NCBI GenBank assembly: GCA_050946255.1
Contig: JBMNUL010000003.1
Span: 1 to 50,814 of the forward strand
Length of the DNA: 50,814 nt
Direction of reading: 5' to 3'
Origin: Coriobacteriales bacterium
Lineage (GTDB): Bacteria; Actinomycetota; Coriobacteriia; Coriobacteriales; CADBOM01
Position numbers and translations under genes: made by a program. The notes below the pieces were generated by a model, which saw only the letters and a list, made by a program, of their open reading frames with translations, had not been told where the DNA came from and searched no databases. The stretch's first letter is position 1. Every line of letters starts with the position of its first letter. This document shows, piece after piece, positions 37,129-47,823 of this stretch.

Positions 37129-37854
37129 TTAGCCTAATTCTTCGATTTCCGCCGCTATAGAGTCAAATGCTGAAAGCGGATCTCTGGCTTGTGTGATCGG
37201 ACGCCCGATGACAACATGCGTCGATCCGTTCTCGAATGCCTGAGACGGAGTGGTGACCCTGGCCTGGTCTCCAGAAGCAGACCCGGCTGGTCGAACTCCT
37301 GGAGTCACTATAAGCATCTCCGGCCCCAGGACATCGCGGAGCATCTTTGCCTCTAGCGGAGATGCGACGACCCCAGATGCACCAGCTCTCCTCGCGAGGA
37401 GGGCCAGCCTCTCCACCTGCTCTGCCGCCGAATGGTCCACCCCGATAGAGGCCAGGGCAGCATCGTCCATGCTGGTGAGAACAGTTACCGCAAGTATTGC
37501 GGGGAGCTGGGCCCCATCTGGCATCTCTGAAACGGCTTCGCGGGCCCCCTCAACTGCCTCCGAAATCATCTTCGCCCCTCCAGAGGCGTGCACGGTTATC
37601 ATGTCCGCACCGGTCAGGACAGCCGCTTTCGCAGCACCATGGACCTGATGCGGGATATCGTGGAGCTTCAAGTCGAGGAACACCTTGAACCCGCAGTCCT
37701 TCAACTCGCGAACCGCGCGAGGTCCCTCGGAATAGTAGAGAGTCATTCCAACCTTCATCCAAGTGGCATGACCGCGCAGCAACTCGGCAAGTTCGATCGC
37801 CCGCTCCATATCGCAATCGAGCGCGACGATGATCTTCTCGGCAGGGTCTTGCAT
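37129..37854 (-). CDS. pyrF: Orotidine-5'-phosphate decarboxylase
   Basis: IIVALD, FLDLKLHDIP, AVTVLTS, VTPGVRP, VIGRPIT. Confidence 0.97.
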   Translation of the reverse strand: MQDPAEKIIVALDCDMERAIELAELLRGHATWMKVGMTLYYSEGPRAVRELKDCGFKVFLDLKLHDIPHQVHGAAKAAVLTGADMITVHASGGAKMISEAVEGAREAVSEMPDGAQLPAILAVTVLTSMDDAALASIGVDHSAAEQVERLALLARRAGASGVVASPLEAKMLRDVLGPEMLIVTPGVRPAGSASGDQARVTTPSQAFENGSTHVVIGRPITQARDPLSAFDSIAAEIEELG

Positions 37855-37866
37855 ATGCCCGTCCTC

Positions 37867-38778
37867 CTACTCGAGAGCTCCCACCAAATCGGAGACCTTC
37901 TCGAATTCGTTTTCCTCGCAATACCTCTCAATGCCCTCGACCACCTCAAGGGAAGCGCGGGGGTTCATGAAGCTTGCTGTCCCGACTGCCACGGCCGTGG
38001 CACCGGCGAGCATGAACTCGACGGCATCTGTCCCGCAGGTTATCCCGCCCATTCCAACGATTGGGATCTGGACGGCCTGGTGCACCTCGTAGACCATCCT
38101 GAGCGCGATAGGTTTCACGGCAGGGCCGGAGAGACCCCCGACCTTCCGGGCGAGAACCGGCTTGCGCTTCTTGGCATCGATTGCCATTCCCAGAACAGTG
38201 TTAATGAGAGAGACGGCATCGGCTCCCTCATCTTGAACCACCTTTGCGATCTTGGTGATGTCGGTGACGTTGGGAGTCAACTTTGCAATCAACGGGCGCT
38301 TGGTCGCGGCCCTGCACGATGCGATCACCTTCGCCGAAGCCGCCGGGTCGATTCCAAACGTCATCCCACCCTCGCTGACGTTAGGGCACGATATGTTTAT
38401 CTCGTAGGCGCTGACCGCCGGCTCTTCCTCAAGGCGCTCAATTACTGCGGCATATTCCCCAAAGCTGTGACCGGAGACGTTGACGATGATCGGCACGCCC
38501 CTGGTCGAGAGCCAGGCCAGGTCGCCCTCGCAGAAAGCCTCGACACCCGGGTTCTGAAGGCCAATCGAGTTGAGCATCCCACTGGGAGTCTCGGCGATTC
38601 GCGGCGAATCGTTTCCATCCCAAGGGCCTAGCGAGACGCCCTTGGTCGTGACAGCCCCAAGCTTGGAAATGTCGAAGAAGTCGTTGTACTGACGCCCTGC
38701 GGCGAAAGTTCCGGAGGCGGTAGTGACCGGGTTCTTCATCACGAGTGACCCTATGCGGGTCGTGAGGTCCACGCTCAT
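37867..38778 (-). CDS. pyrD: Dihydroorotate dehydrogenase 1B catalytic subunit
   Basis: KNPVTTASGT, NSIGLQNPG, EINISCPNV, KLTPNVTDI, GGLSGPAVKP. Confidence 0.96.
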   Translation of the reverse strand: MSVDLTTRIGSLVMKNPVTTASGTFAAGRQYNDFFDISKLGAVTTKGVSLGPWDGNDSPRIAETPSGMLNSIGLQNPGVEAFCEGDLAWLSTRGVPIIVNVSGHSFGEYAAVIERLEEEPAVSAYEINISCPNVSEGGMTFGIDPAASAKVIASCRAATKRPLIAKLTPNVTDITKIAKVVQDEGADAVSLINTVLGMAIDAKKRKPVLARKVGGLSGPAVKPIALRMVYEVHQAVQIPIVGMGGITCGTDAVEFMLAGATAVAVGTASFMNPRASLEVVEGIERYCEENEFEKVSDLVGALE

Positions 38779-39674
38779 CGCCACACCACCTTCCTCGCAT
38801 CGAAGACAGGCCCATCAATGCAGGCCCGCTTCTTTCCATCCACGGTGTCCACGACACAGGAGAGACATGCCCCGATACCGCAGGCCATTCTCCTCTCGAG
38901 CGAGACCTCGCAACGACAGTTCTCAGATTCGAGGGCCTTTCCAACTGCGATTCTCTCCATCGGGGCAGGCCCGCAGATGGCCACGTAATCGGCGCAGGCA
39001 GTGTAATCGTCCATGAGGTCGGTGCAGAAGCCATGGTAACCGGCAGAGCCATCATCGGTGCAGGTGTGCACCTCGGCACCAACACTGGTCAGGGCCTCCT
39101 CGCCAAGCAGCCTGTCGGCTGTCGTGGCGCCGAGGAGGACATCGACGGCGATTCCTTCCGCGCACATCTCGCTCGCGAGCATCATGAGCGGGGCAACTCC
39201 GATTCCGCCGCACACGAGCAGCGCGCGCCCCGTGCCATCCGGGACTTCCCAACCTCGGCCTACCGGGCCTATCGCACGGGTGGGAGTCCCGGGCTTGACG
39301 GTGGAAAGCGCCTCCGTTCCAGATCCCACGACCTGGTACATTATCTGGATCTCTCCGGTGCCAGTATTCCAGGAGCAGACCGAGAACGGCCTTCGCAGCA
39401 CATGGCCACAGAAATCCGGAACCCTAAGATGCACGAACTGTCCCGGCAAGAGGCCTGCCGCGATCTGCGGGGCCTCCAGCACCATGAGGTATATTGAAGG
39501 GGCGATCTTGTCGTTGGAGACGATGGTCACCTCTTCATCGACCAGTGGAACACGGGAGCCGTCTCCACCGGTTCCGGCATTCTCGCCTGCGCAAGTGTTC
39601 CCGGAACCTTCTGCGCCGGCACCGGTCAGAGCGCCTTCGGATGCCTTGCCCATTGCGCCTTCCCCCTCGCTCAT
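38775..39674 (-). CDS. pyrK: Dihydroorotate dehydrogenase electron transfer subunit
   Basis: PGQFV, LRRPFS, GGIGVAP, TDDGS, ICGP, and the [2Fe-2S] motif SLERRMACGIGACLSC...CIDGPVF. Start re-called near 39674. Confidence 0.94.
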   Translation of the reverse strand: MSEGEGAMGKASEGALTGAGAEGSGNTCAGENAGTGGDGSRVPLVDEEVTIVSNDKIAPSIYLMVLEAPQIAAGLLPGQFVHLRVPDFCGHVLRRPFSVCSWNTGTGEIQIMYQVVGSGTEALSTVKPGTPTRAIGPVGRGWEVPDGTGRALLVCGGIGVAPLMMLASEMCAEGIAVDVLLGATTADRLLGEEALTSVGAEVHTCTDDGSAGYHGFCTDLMDDYTACADYVAICGPAPMERIAVGKALESENCRCEVSLERRMACGIGACLSCVVDTVDGKKRACIDGPVFDARKVVWR

Positions 39675-39684
39675 ATCTCCCAGC

Positions 39685-42600
39685 CTATTCGCGCGCATCG
39701 TCCTGTGCTTCGCCTGCAGCCTCGGCCTCGTCCACAATCGGCTGGTACTGCTCGAGGTCCTGCAGCGCTATCGGGGCCATCCTGCCCGAGGTGAGCCCGT
39801 TCTCCTGAACAGCCTCGATGGCGTTCACCAAGGCGTTGGCAGCCTCCATCGTGGTTACGTAGCAGATGCTGTAGCGCACCGCATCGGCACGCAGGAGGTA
39901 TCCGTCGGAACGGGTGCGCTGACCGAACGGGGTGTTTATGATCAGGTTGATCTTGCCGTTCGCTATCTCGTCTCCGATGTTGGGCCTGGCCTCGTGGTAC
40001 TTGTGGACCTCCGTGACCGGAAGTCCGCTTGCCTCCAGGGCCTTTGCGGTGCCAGAGGTGCTCACGATCTCGAATCCGAGCTTGTAGAGGTCATGCGCAA
40101 CGTTGACAATGTTTCGCTTGTCGCGGTCGCAAACCGAGATGAACACCCTGCCGGAAGTCGGCAGCGAGTAGTCGATTGCAAGGGCGGTCTTCGCATAAGC
40201 CGCCGGGAAATCGTGGGCAACGCCCATGACCTCGCCGGTGGATTTCATCTCCGGCCCGAGCACGAAGTCGGCGCCGGGGAAGCGCCCGAACGGGAGCACT
40301 GCCTCCTTCACGGAGTAGTGGTCGAGCTCCCGGTCGTCCGGCGGGAGACCAAGGCTCTCGATGCTGCGCCCGGCCATAATCATCGCCGCGCATTTCGCCA
40401 GCGGCACTCCGGTTGCCTTCGAGACGAACGGCACGGTGCGGCTCGCGCGGGGATTGACCTCGATCACGTAGATCGTGGAGTCCTTGACCGCGAACTGGAT
40501 GTTCACGAGCCCCCGCACGCCCACGGCCAAAGCGAGCCTACGGGTGTAGTCCCGCAGTCCCTCGCGCAGCGATTCGTAGATCGAGAACGGAGGGGTGCAG
40601 CATGCGGAGTCGCCGGAGTGGATTCCGGCCTCCTCGATGTGCTCGAGGATTCCGCCAACATAGACATCCTTGCCATCGCAGAGGGCGTCGACGTCGAGCT
40701 CGACTGCAGACTCTAGGAACTTGTCGAGGTAGATCGGGTGATCTGGGGAGACCCTCGCGGCCTCTGCCATGTATTTCTTGAGCGAATCGGCATCGTATGC
40801 GATGACCATTCCGCGGCCGCCGAGCACGTAGCTCGGGCGCACGAGCAACGGGAACCCGATGCGGTGCGCAACCTCCACCGCTTCCTCGAAGGAGCTGGCA
40901 ACGCCTGCCGGAGGATACGCGATCCCGAGGTTGTCGAGCAGCTCGGAGAACCTCTCCCTGTCCTCGGCAAGGTCGATGGCATCAGGCTTGGTGCCTAGAA
41001 TCTCCACGCCCTCGCGCTCGAGGGCGGATGCCAACTTCAACGGCGTCTGACCGCCGAGAGTCACAACGACAGCCTCTGGTTTCTCCGCGTCGACGATGTC
41101 CATGACATCCTCGAAGGTCAGGGGCTCGAAATAGAGCCTGTCGGAGGTGTCGTAGTCGGTGGAGACCGTCTCGGGATTGGAGTTCACCATGATAGTCTCG
41201 AATCCCATCTCGGCAAGTGCGTAGCTGGCGTGCACGCAGCAGTAATCGAACTCGATGCCCTGTCCGATCCTGTTCGGGCCAGCTCCCAAGATCATGATCT
41301 TGCGCTTGTCGCACGGTCTGGTCTCGCTCTCCTCCTCATAGGTCTTGTAATAGTAGTTGGTGCGCGACTCGAACTCTGCACCGCAGGTGTCCACGGTCTT
41401 GAACGTTGGGAGAACTCCCAGCTCCTTGCGCTTCGCCCTCACGCGGTGCTCTGCCGCCTCCACGTCCGCGGAATCTAGGTGGTCATCGTCGTATTCTCCG
41501 GTTAGGTAGGCAATCTGCCTATCCGAGAGGCCTGTCTGCTTCGCAAGGCGCATCTGGTCGAAGGTCATCTCGTCAAGCTTGCATCCCTTCACCATGTTCT
41601 CGACCGACACGATATGGGCGAGGCGGTTGATGAACCATGGGTCGATGTTCGTGAGGCTCGCGACCTCCTCGACATCCATGCCGCGGCGCAGGCCCTCGAT
41701 CATGTAGTTGATGCGGTGCTCGGTAGGTGTGGAGAGCATCGTGAGGAAGTTCTCCTCGTCGAAAACGTCGTGCCCGTCGCAGCCCAGCCCATCTCGGCCG
41801 TTCTCCAGAGAGCGCATAGCCTTCTCGAGCGCCTCGTCGAAGGTGCGCCCGATTGCCATTGCCTCGCCGACAGCCTTCATGCGGGTGGTGAGGGTCTCGT
41901 CGGTTCCCTTGAACTTCTCGAATGCGAAGCGGGGAACCTTCACGACCACGTAGTCGATTGTGGGCTCGAAGCATGCAGGCGTGGCCTTAGTGATGTCGTT
42001 TGTGATCTCGTCGAGCGTATATCCAACCGCGAGCTTTGCCGCAGCCTTGGCGATTGGGAAGCCAGTGGCCTTTGATGCCAGCGCGGAGGAACGGGAGACC
42101 CTTGGGTTCATCTCAACGACGATCATTCGCCCGTCCTTGGGGTTGATCGCGAACTGCACGTTGGACCCTCCGGTCTCCACTCCGATCTTCTCGAGAATCG
42201 CGAGGGAGGCGACGCGCATGCGCTGGTACTCGATGTCGGTCATCGTCTGAGAAGGCGCAACCGTGATCGAATCTCCGGTGTGCACGCCCATCGCGTCGAA
42301 GTTCTCGATGGAGCAGACGATGATGGCGTTGCCGGCGCGGTCGCGCATGACCTCCATCTCGTATTCCTTCCATCCGATGATCGACTCCTCGACGAGAACC
42401 TCGCCTGCCGGGGAAAGGTCGAGCCCCTGGCGCACGATTTCCATCAGCTCTTGCTTGTTGTATGCGATGCCGCCGCCTGCACCGCCAAGGGTGTAGGACG
42501 GGCGGAGAACCAGCGGGAAGCCGAGCTCATCGGAGAGCTTGACCGCGTCCTCGACAGAGTATGCATACCCGCTTCGGGCGCACTCGAGGCCGATCTCCTT

Positions 42601-43008
42601 CATGCACTTGGCGAATTCCCTGCGGTCCTCGCCCCTGTTGATCGCTTCCAGGTCGCATCCGATCATCTCGACATCGTACTTGTCGAGAACCCCCGCCTTC
42701 GCCAGCGCAACGGCGCAGTTGAGTCCGGTCTGTCCACCCAGCGTTGGAAGCAGCGCGTCGGGTCTCTCGATCTCGATGATCTTCTCAACGGCCTCCGGGG
42801 TGATGGGCTCGATGTACGTGCGCGTGGCCATCTTGGGGTCTGTCATGATCGTGGCCGGGTTGGAGTTGACGAGAACGACCTCGAACCCGTCCTCCATGAG
42901 CACCTTGCAGGCCTGGGTTCCCGAGTAGTCGAACTCGCAAGCCTGGCCGATGGTGATTGGTCCCGAGCCTATGACCAAAATCCTTTTTATGTCGTTTCTG
43001 CGAGGCAA
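39685..43008 (-). CDS. carB: Carbamoyl-phosphate synthase large subunit
   Basis: [17 protein letters not shown], two ATP-grasp halves ([10 protein letters not shown]; EVNPRASRT) and an MGS domain. Confidence 0.98.
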   Translation of the reverse strand: MPRRNDIKRILVIGSGPITIGQACEFDYSGTQACKVLMEDGFEVVLVNSNPATIMTDPKMATRTYIEPITPEAVEKIIEIERPDALLPTLGGQTGLNCAVALAKAGVLDKYDVEMIGCDLEAINRGEDRREFAKCMKEIGLECARSGYAYSVEDAVKLSDELGFPLVLRPSYTLGGAGGGIAYNKQELMEIVRQGLDLSPAGEVLVEESIIGWKEYEMEVMRDRAGNAIIVCSIENFDAMGVHTGDSITVAPSQTMTDIEYQRMRVASLAILEKIGVETGGSNVQFAINPKDGRMIVVEMNPRVSRSSALASKATGFPIAKAAAKLAVGYTLDEITNDITKATPACFEPTIDYVVVKVPRFAFEKFKGTDETLTTRMKAVGEAMAIGRTFDEALEKAMRSLENGRDGLGCDGHDVFDEENFLTMLSTPTEHRINYMIEGLRRGMDVEEVASLTNIDPWFINRLAHIVSVENMVKGCKLDEMTFDQMRLAKQTGLSDRQIAYLTGEYDDDHLDSADVEAAEHRVRAKRKELGVLPTFKTVDTCGAEFESRTNYYYKTYEEESETRPCDKRKIMILGAGPNRIGQGIEFDYCCVHASYALAEMGFETIMVNSNPETVSTDYDTSDRLYFEPLTFEDVMDIVDAEKPEAVVVTLGGQTPLKLASALEREGVEILGTKPDAIDLAEDRERFSELLDNLGIAYPPAGVASSFEEAVEVAHRIGFPLLVRPSYVLGGRGMVIAYDADSLKKYMAEAARVSPDHPIYLDKFLESAVELDVDALCDGKDVYVGGILEHIEEAGIHSGDSACCTPPFSIYESLREGLRDYTRRLALAVGVRGLVNIQFAVKDSTIYVIEVNPRASRTVPFVSKATGVPLAKCAAMIMAGRSIESLGLPPDDRELDHYSVKEAVLPFGRFPGADFVLGPEMKSTGEVMGVAHDFPAAYAKTALAIDYSLPTSGRVFISVCDRDKRNIVNVAHDLYKLGFEIVSTSGTAKALEASGLPVTEVHKYHEARPNIGDEIANGKINLIINTPFGQRTRSDGYLLRADAVRYSICYVTTMEAANALVNAIEAVQENGLTSGRMAPIALQDLEQYQPIVDEAEAAGEAQDDARE

Positions 43009-43121
43009 CTTGTGCTCCTCCTATTCCGCTCGCCCGCGCAACGGCGGGCAATCCGGTTGATGTTTCCTGGCGGCCTTTCCAAACGTGCTTCGTGCGCGCT
43101 TTCGATCCGCCTCCGCATTCT

Positions 43122-44417
43122 CTATGAGTGCCATCCCTTCAGCCTGTTCTTGGCGATGTCGATGTCGAGGTAGTCCTCTCGCCCATCCATCAGCCTCGTG
43201 AACCCGCTGAACAGGTACGCGGAATCGGTTGGCCCGGGACTTGCCTCGGGGTGGTACTGCACCGAGAACGCCGGGATGTCCAAGAAGGCTATGCCCTCGG
43301 AAGTGCCATCGTTGAGGTTGACATGCGTGAGCTGGATGCGGCCGTATCGCTCGTTCTGCACGACCGGGGCAATCCTGCGCTCGGACCAGAACCTGAGGTC
43401 GTCCACGTGTTCCGTCACGCCTCCGGAAAGCTCTGGAATCAGATTTCCCAAAGACGGGAACACGGCTGCGAACCCATGGTTTTGCGAGGTGATCTCGACC
43501 CTCCCGGTCCGCAGGTTCATGACCGGCTGGTTGCCTCCATGATGCCCGAATTTGAGCTTCTCGATCTGAGCGCCGGCGGCAATCGACATCATCTGGTTGC
43601 CCAGGCAGATGCCGAACACCGGAATCTTCCCCAACACTCCTTCGGCACAGGCAATCGTCTTGTCAACGGGCTCTGGGTCCCCAGGTCCATTGGAGAAGAA
43701 CACCCCGTCATAATCTCCATTGAGCAGGGTCTCCGCCGGAGTGTCCCACGGGAGCACCGTCACGGAGCAGCCCGCTTGGGAGAGCCCGCGGAGAATACCG
43801 CGCTTGATCCCGCAGTCTATTGCGGCAACCTTGTACTTCGGCTTGGGGCTCGCGTCCTTTGCGAAGCTGAACTCCTCCATATCGTCCTTGAAGTCATAGG
43901 GCTTCAAGGTGCTCACGGTGGAGGCCATGTTGACTCCCACGATCGAGTCGGACTTCCTCACCTTTTCCAGAAGGGAGTCCACGTCGAGGTCGGTGGTGGA
44001 GATGATGCCCCGCATCGCGCCGTTGTCGCGGATATGGCGGGTGAGCTTCCTGGTGTCCACGCCGTCGATTGCCACGATGCCGTTCTTCGTCAGAAGGTCC
44101 GGGAGGTTGCTCTCGCTCCTGAAGTTGGATGGCTCGTAGCACATCGACTTCACGACAAGTCCGCGAAGCGCCATCCCATCCGACTGCATATCGGCCATGT
44201 TGGTGCCGTAGTTCCCAATATGCGGATACGTCATCGTGACTATCTGTCCAGCGTAGGAGGGGTCGGAGATGACCTCCTGATATCCCACCATCGAGGTGTT
44301 GAAGCAAACCTCGCCCGTGGTCTCCCCTATTGCGCCGCATGCCCTGCCGCGAAACACCGTGCCGTCCTCCAGGACGAGGACAGCCGGTTTGGTGCTCGCC
44401 TTGATCTGAGCTGCCAC
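43122..44417 (-). CDS. carA: Carbamoyl-phosphate synthase small subunit
   Basis: GEVCFNTSMVGYQE, DPSYAGQI, SNGPGDP, FGICLGNQ, SQNHGFA, SVQYHPEASPGP. Confidence 0.97.
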   Translation of the reverse strand: MAAQIKASTKPAVLVLEDGTVFRGRACGAIGETTGEVCFNTSMVGYQEVISDPSYAGQIVTMTYPHIGNYGTNMADMQSDGMALRGLVVKSMCYEPSNFRSESNLPDLLTKNGIVAIDGVDTRKLTRHIRDNGAMRGIISTTDLDVDSLLEKVRKSDSIVGVNMASTVSTLKPYDFKDDMEEFSFAKDASPKPKYKVAAIDCGIKRGILRGLSQAGCSVTVLPWDTPAETLLNGDYDGVFFSNGPGDPEPVDKTIACAEGVLGKIPVFGICLGNQMMSIAAGAQIEKLKFGHHGGNQPVMNLRTGRVEITSQNHGFAAVFPSLGNLIPELSGGVTEHVDDLRFWSERRIAPVVQNERYGRIQLTHVNLNDGTSEGIAFLDIPAFSVQYHPEASPGPTDSAYLFSGFTRLMDGREDYLDIDIAKNRLKGWHS

Positions 44418-44420
44418 TGG

Positions 44421-45713
44421 CTAAACCACCTTTCCATCTTCCATGGTCGCTTGTCCACCGACGTATGTATCGGTTGCACGGCCCTTCAATTCAGTGCCGA
44501 TGAACCCGGAGTTCACGGCCTTTGATTCAAAATCCGACTTCTCGACCTTCCACTCTAGGCCGGGGTCTATCACGGTGAGGTCGGCAGTGCACCCCGGCTC
44601 AAGTGCCACCCGCTCTGCTCGGATTATCTGCCTGGGCACTATGGCCATGAGCTCGACCATCCTCTGCCAGCTGATGATCCCTGGGTTCACGAGGTTGGAA
44701 ACCACGAGCCCCACCGAGGTCTCGATTCCTGTCATGCCAAATGGGGCGGCCTCGAACTCCACATCCTTCTCGAAGTCGGCGTGCGGGGCATGGTCGGTGA
44801 CTATCGCATCGACTGTTCCATCGCAAACTCCATCGATCAGGGCCTTGCAGTCTTCCCTTGTCCTGAGCGGTGGGTTGACCTTGAACGCCGTGTTGTAGTC
44901 GTCTGTGATGTCATCCTCGCTGAGGAACATGTGGTGTGGGGTCACCTCACAGGTCACGGGCAGCCCCTCGGCCTTGGCATCGCGGACCATCTGGAGTCCG
45001 CGCGCGGTTGTGATGTGCTGTATGTGGAGCGGGCATCCGGTGAGCCTGCAAAGCGAGATGTCGCGCTCTATCTCGACTTCCTCGCCCTCGGCCGGCCACC
45101 CGGCGAGGCCGAGCCTCGTGGACACAACTCCCTCGTTGACCTGGCCTTCCCCCACCAGTCCGTCGTCCTGGCAGTGCTCCATTATCACGCGGTCGAACTG
45201 CACGGCGTAGTCCATTACCCTCCGCATGGCCCCTGTATCCTGAATTCCGGAGCCATCGTCGGAGAACGCCACGGCTCCACTTGCCACCATGTCCCCCATC
45301 TCGGACAGGATCTGGCCCTTGCGCCCCTGCGTGCAGGCGCCGCAAACGTGCACGCGCGCCTTCCCATATTGCCTGGCACGTTTCTTCACGTATTCGACGG
45401 CGACGGCATTGTCTATCGTGGGATTGGTGTTGGGCATGCAGCAGACGGCGGTTATCCCGCCATGGGCAGCAGCACGTGTTCCGCTCTCGATGTCCTCCTT
45501 GTACTCGAACCCGGGGTCGCGCAGGTGAACATGGATGTCCACGAGACCGGGCAGCAGCACCTTCCCAGAAAGGTCGCGCTCGCCGGCACCGTCCGCATCT
45601 AGGCTATGGCCAACTGCTTCGATCTTGCCATCGTCGCCTATGAGCACGTCTGCCACACCGTCGAGGTCGACCTGAGGGTCGACGAGGTGGGCGTTCCTAA
45701 GAACTAAGGCCAT
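44421..45713 (-). CDS. pyrC: Dihydroorotase
   Basis: PGLVDIHVHLRDPG, MPNTNP, CEVTPHH, KVNPPLR, TDHAPH. Confidence 0.97.
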   Translation of the reverse strand: MALVLRNAHLVDPQVDLDGVADVLIGDDGKIEAVGHSLDADGAGERDLSGKVLLPGLVDIHVHLRDPGFEYKEDIESGTRAAAHGGITAVCCMPNTNPTIDNAVAVEYVKKRARQYGKARVHVCGACTQGRKGQILSEMGDMVASGAVAFSDDGSGIQDTGAMRRVMDYAVQFDRVIMEHCQDDGLVGEGQVNEGVVSTRLGLAGWPAEGEEVEIERDISLCRLTGCPLHIQHITTARGLQMVRDAKAEGLPVTCEVTPHHMFLSEDDITDDYNTAFKVNPPLRTREDCKALIDGVCDGTVDAIVTDHAPHADFEKDVEFEAAPFGMTGIETSVGLVVSNLVNPGIISWQRMVELMAIVPRQIIRAERVALEPGCTADLTVIDPGLEWKVEKSDFESKAVNSGFIGTELKGRATDTYVGGQATMEDGKVV

Positions 45714-46644
45714 CTTCGGCACCTCCCAGCAGCAGGTAGAGGGCTGCCATTCTAACGAGCACCCCGGAGTAGACCTGGTCGAGGATCACTGACCTCTCGG
45801 GATTGTCGGCCATGTAGCTGTCGAGCTCGACACCCCTGTTGATCGGACCCGGATGGCAGATTATCGCATCGGGCTTCATGAGCTTCTCGCGGTCTCGGGT
45901 GAGCCCGTAGAGCATATTGTATTCGCGAAGGCTCGGGAACGGTGCGTCCTCCAGCCTCTCGCGTTGAATTCGGAGCATGTAGACCACATCGAGCTCGGGC
46001 AGTACCTCATCGATCTTGCAACTCACATGGTCCACCCCGAGCACGTCCGGACGGGCGGGAAGCAGCGTGGCAGGTGCCACAACGGTGACCTCGGCGCCCA
46101 TGGTCTTGAGAGCTGGAATCAGAGAGCCGCACACCCTGGAATGCCTGATATCGCCGATGATGCCGACCTTGAGGCCATCGAAGCCACCTTTGCGCTCCCA
46201 TATCGTGAACAGATCGAGCAGCGCCTGGGTGGGATGCTGGTGCTTTCCATCCCCGGCATCTATGACGCTCACACCCGAGCATTGCGCGATCTTTCGCGGA
46301 ACTCCGGCGTTCCTGTCGCGCACGACGATCATGTCGATCTTGTAGGAGCACAGGGTGTGCACGGTGTCCACCAGGCTCTCGCCCTTCACCGTCGAGGTGC
46401 TTGACCCGCCGAAGTTCAACGTGTCGCAGGAGAGCCTCTTCTCGGCGATCTCGAAAGAAGAGCGCGTGCGCGTGGACGGCTCGTTGAACATGTTCACGAC
46501 CGTGAATCCACGCAGCGTCGGAATCTTCTTGATCTTGCGTTCGTTGACCGCCTTGAACTTCTCGGCGGTGTTGAAAATCGTGTAGATATCGTCGGCAGAG
46601 TACTCGGTGATGTCGATGAGGTCTTTGTGATTGAAGGCCATCAC
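45697..46644 (-). CDS. pyrB: Aspartate carbamoyltransferase catalytic subunit
   Basis: [54 protein letters not shown]. Confidence 0.97.
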   Translation of the reverse strand: MMAFNHKDLIDITEYSADDIYTIFNTAEKFKAVNERKIKKIPTLRGFTVVNMFNEPSTRTRSSFEIAEKRLSCDTLNFGGSSTSTVKGESLVDTVHTLCSYKIDMIVVRDRNAGVPRKIAQCSGVSVIDAGDGKHQHPTQALLDLFTIWERKGGFDGLKVGIIGDIRHSRVCGSLIPALKTMGAEVTVVAPATLLPARPDVLGVDHVSCKIDEVLPELDVVYMLRIQRERLEDAPFPSLREYNMLYGLTRDREKLMKPDAIICHPGPINRGVELDSYMADNPERSVILDQVYSGVLVRMAALYLLLGGAEDGLSS

Positions 46645-47231
46645 ATACCACCTCCCAGCGGGGCAGACCCGATCCTGCCTCCGTCGGCGACCTCGAGAAT
46701 CTCGACCTCGGACTTCCCGTCCACTTCTTCCAGGAAAAGACGCACGTTCTCATCCGATGAACTCGGGACGTTCTTGCCGACATAATCGGCTCGGATCGGC
46801 AACTCGCGATGTCCTCTGTCGACCAGAACCGCAAGCTGGACCTTCCCAGGTCTCCCGATATCCATCAGCGCATCGAGAGCCGCTCGTATCGTGCGCCCGG
46901 TATAGAGAACGTCGTCCACCAGGACTATCGTCATGCCGTCGATGTTGAACTTGATGTCGGTCGACAGCACTTCTGGTGAAAGATGGAGTACGTAATCATC
47001 GCGGTAGAAACTGATGTCGAGCCTTCCAAATGGGACATCCACGCCCTCGATCTCGTCGATCTTCCCTACAAGGCGCTTTGCAAGGAGGTCTCCCCTGGTC
47101 ACGATTCCCACCAGCGCCAGGTTCTCGGCGCCATGGTTCCTCTCGAGAATCTCATGGGCAATTCTCGTGAGAGATCGCTCTATCTCGTCCGCGTCCATGC
47201 AGACGGACTTTACCTTGCCTTTGGCGTTCAT
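46641..47231 (-). CDS. pyrR: Bifunctional pyr operon regulator / uracil phosphoribosyltransferase
   Basis: [50 protein letters not shown]. Confidence 0.97.
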   Translation of the reverse strand: MNAKGKVKSVCMDADEIERSLTRIAHEILERNHGAENLALVGIVTRGDLLAKRLVGKIDEIEGVDVPFGRLDISFYRDDYVLHLSPEVLSTDIKFNIDGMTIVLVDDVLYTGRTIRAALDALMDIGRPGKVQLAVLVDRGHRELPIRADYVGKNVPSSSDENVRLFLEEVDGKSEVEILEVADGGRIGSAPLGGGM

Positions 47232-47289
47232 GCACACTCCTTCCCTGCCGAGCGTGTGCGGACAGACCGCCCAAGAGCCTCCCGTTTCC

Positions 47290-47383
47290 CCAGCCCCAGC
47301 ATCGGCTCGTCCCAGCTTTCAGGCTTCCGCGCCTGACGGGTACCGCCCGATGCAGCAGAAGCGTCCAGCCCCAGCATCGGCTC
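47290..47383. repeat. Exact 19-bp direct repeat in the pyrR leader
   Basis: CCAGCCCCAGCATCGGCTC at 47290-47308 and 47365-47383. Confidence 0.85.
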
Positions 47384-47484
47384 ACCTTGCAACCTCGCCT
47401 TTGGCCGGAACGCCACCGCAAGCTGCCAGCTCCCGCCGTGGCCGCAGGCCCCGCCATGTTCTTGCCCATCTCCCACAGGGCATG

Positions 47485-47587
47485 AAAAAAGCCCTGTCAA
47501 AAGACAAGGCTTCTGCTCGTGACCATGATTGGATGCTGCGTTTCGGGTTTGCCTTGTCGGTCTCTCTGTACCGCTCTTAAAGGTCTT
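47485..47587 (-). ncRNA. PyrR-binding attenuator (anti-antiterminator loop plus terminator)
   Basis: Minus strand: ACCUUUAA-GAG-CGGUACAGAGAGACCG-ACAAGG forms the binding loop (47551-47584). Terminator AAGCCUUGUC-UUUU-GACAGGGCUU-UUUU at 47485-47512. GACAAGGC of the loop can pair with GCCUUGUC of the terminator, giving the antiterminator. Candidate -10 TATACT at 47598-47603. Confidence 0.88.
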
Positions 47588-47705
47588 GGCTTCCAATAGT
47601 ATAAAGCCACCTCCGACCGTGCGTAACCCCCTTACGGCGAATTGCGAGATGACGATGGGGCCGAGCACGCTCGATTGCGTCTTCGATCAAGGCATGAAGA
47701 ACATT

Positions 47706-47757
47706 CAAAAGCGGGAAAGGACCGCATCCCCAACTCAGGTGGGGAAACGGCCCTTTC
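47706..47757 (-). terminator. Probable terminator after the CWB2 protein gene
   Basis: Imperfect inverted repeat GAAAGGACCGCATCCCCA / TGGGGAAACGGCCCTTTC (47715-47757), followed on the minus strand by CCGCTTTTG. Confidence 0.5.
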
Positions 47758-47823
47758 AAACTGAAAAAGTCAGGATTCATGTTTCAGCGGGTCTATTAAA
47801 GGGAGATGGCCCGCTGGCAATTA

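Noticed and set aside
39058-40716. 552-aa plus-strand ORF
   Set aside because: Antisense to pyrK/carB; no recognisable domain.
43031-43049. GCCCGC/GCGGGC hairpin between carA and carB as a second attenuator
   Set aside because: Short stem with no U-tract and no PyrR loop; at most an mRNA-stabilising hairpin.
43128-44525. 465-aa plus-strand ORF
   Set aside because: Antisense shadow of carA.
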